This document shows positions 63,463-64,000 of a DNA stretch of 64,000 nt, piece after piece. Origin of the DNA: Camelus ferus (lineage: Eukaryota); NCBI RefSeq assembly GCF_009834535.1, contig NC_045696.1, positions 36,396,001 to 36,460,000 on the forward strand, read 5' to 3'. The notes beneath the pieces are model-generated. The model did no database searches. It worked only from the letters and a program-made list of their open reading frames with translations, and had not been told where the DNA came from. The stretch's first letter is position 1, and each line of letters opens with the position of its first letter. The position numbers and the translations under genes are program-made.

Positions 63463-63990
63463 TGTGATGGTTAATTTTTTCTACTTGACTGGGCTAAGGG
63501 GTACCAGATAGCTGGTCAAACACTATTTCTGGATATGCCTGGAAGGGTGTTCCTGGAAGAGATTGGCATTTGAATCAGTAGACTGAGTGAAGAAGATCTT
63601 CCTCAGAAATCTGTTGAGGGCCCCAGTAGGACAAAAAGGTGGTGGAAGGGCAAATTTGCTCTTTGCTTGAACTGGGACATCCATCTTCGCCTGCCTGTGG
63701 ATATTGGCTCTTCTGGCTGTGGGGCTTCCACACTCAGACTGGGATTTGCATCACTGGCCCTCAAAGTTTCAGGCCTTTTGCACTCTGAGTTATTCTACTG
63801 GCTTTCTGGACTCTTCAGCTTACAGACAGCACATGGGACCTCTCAGCCTTCATAATCTGTGAGTCATTTCCTATAATAAATCTTCTCATAGATATGTATA
63901 TATTTATATCTATGTCTACAGATACATGTATCTATAGACACATATATCTCCTGTTGGTTCTGTTTCTCTAAAGAACTCTTACTATCGTGT
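63463..63990 (+). mobile_element. ERVL solo LTR, MLT2 (MLT2B/D-like)
   Basis: Start 'tgtgatggttaatttt...acttgactgggctaagggg'; aataaa ~63875; end 'cctgttggttctgtttctct'; candidate 5-bp TSD cccac at 63458-63462 and 63991-63995. Confidence 0.88.
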
Positions 63991-64000
63991 CCCACTTCCC

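Noticed and set aside
1..64000. Short six-frame ORFs (60-140 aa) as protein-coding genes
   Set aside because: Many start at non-ATG codons or fall within repeats, and none resembles a protein I recognise except the L1/HAL1 remnants. No consistent exon chain is visible.
1..64000. CRISPR array, operon, prophage or other prokaryotic system
   Set aside because: The sequence is clearly mammalian repeat-rich DNA with no repeat-spacer array and no dense coding structure.

Overview
Non-coding mammalian genomic DNA, most likely camelid, judged from two tRNA-derived Vic-1-type SINEs with target-site duplications (TSDs). It is AT-rich and CpG-depleted, and looks like a large intron or intergenic tract. 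Old interspersed repeats dominate: L2, MIR, L3/CR1, L1 3' ends, a long HAL1, MLT1/MLT2/MER34/MER74/Gypsy-like LTRs and hAT MITEs. I cannot recognise a protein-coding gene, functional RNA gene, CRISPR array or prokaryote-type system. The only ORF with a recognisable homologue is a decayed HAL1/L1 ORF1p remnant. The most notable non-routine observations are: (i) a small CpG island at ~2.77-3.08 kb with YY1, NRF1 and GC-box motifs and a Kozak-context 71-codon ORF; (ii) a ~220-bp inverted local duplication (10020-10243 vs 11493-11710) with a templated-looking junction; (iii) a 69-bp local direct duplication; (iv) a SINE with an internal 17-bp duplication; (v) candidate enhancer blocks, CTCF sites and a micro-exon. 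A 100-N assembly gap lies at 24181-24280. Repeat family names come from recalled consensus similarity by eye, and boundaries are approximate unless TSDs are given.
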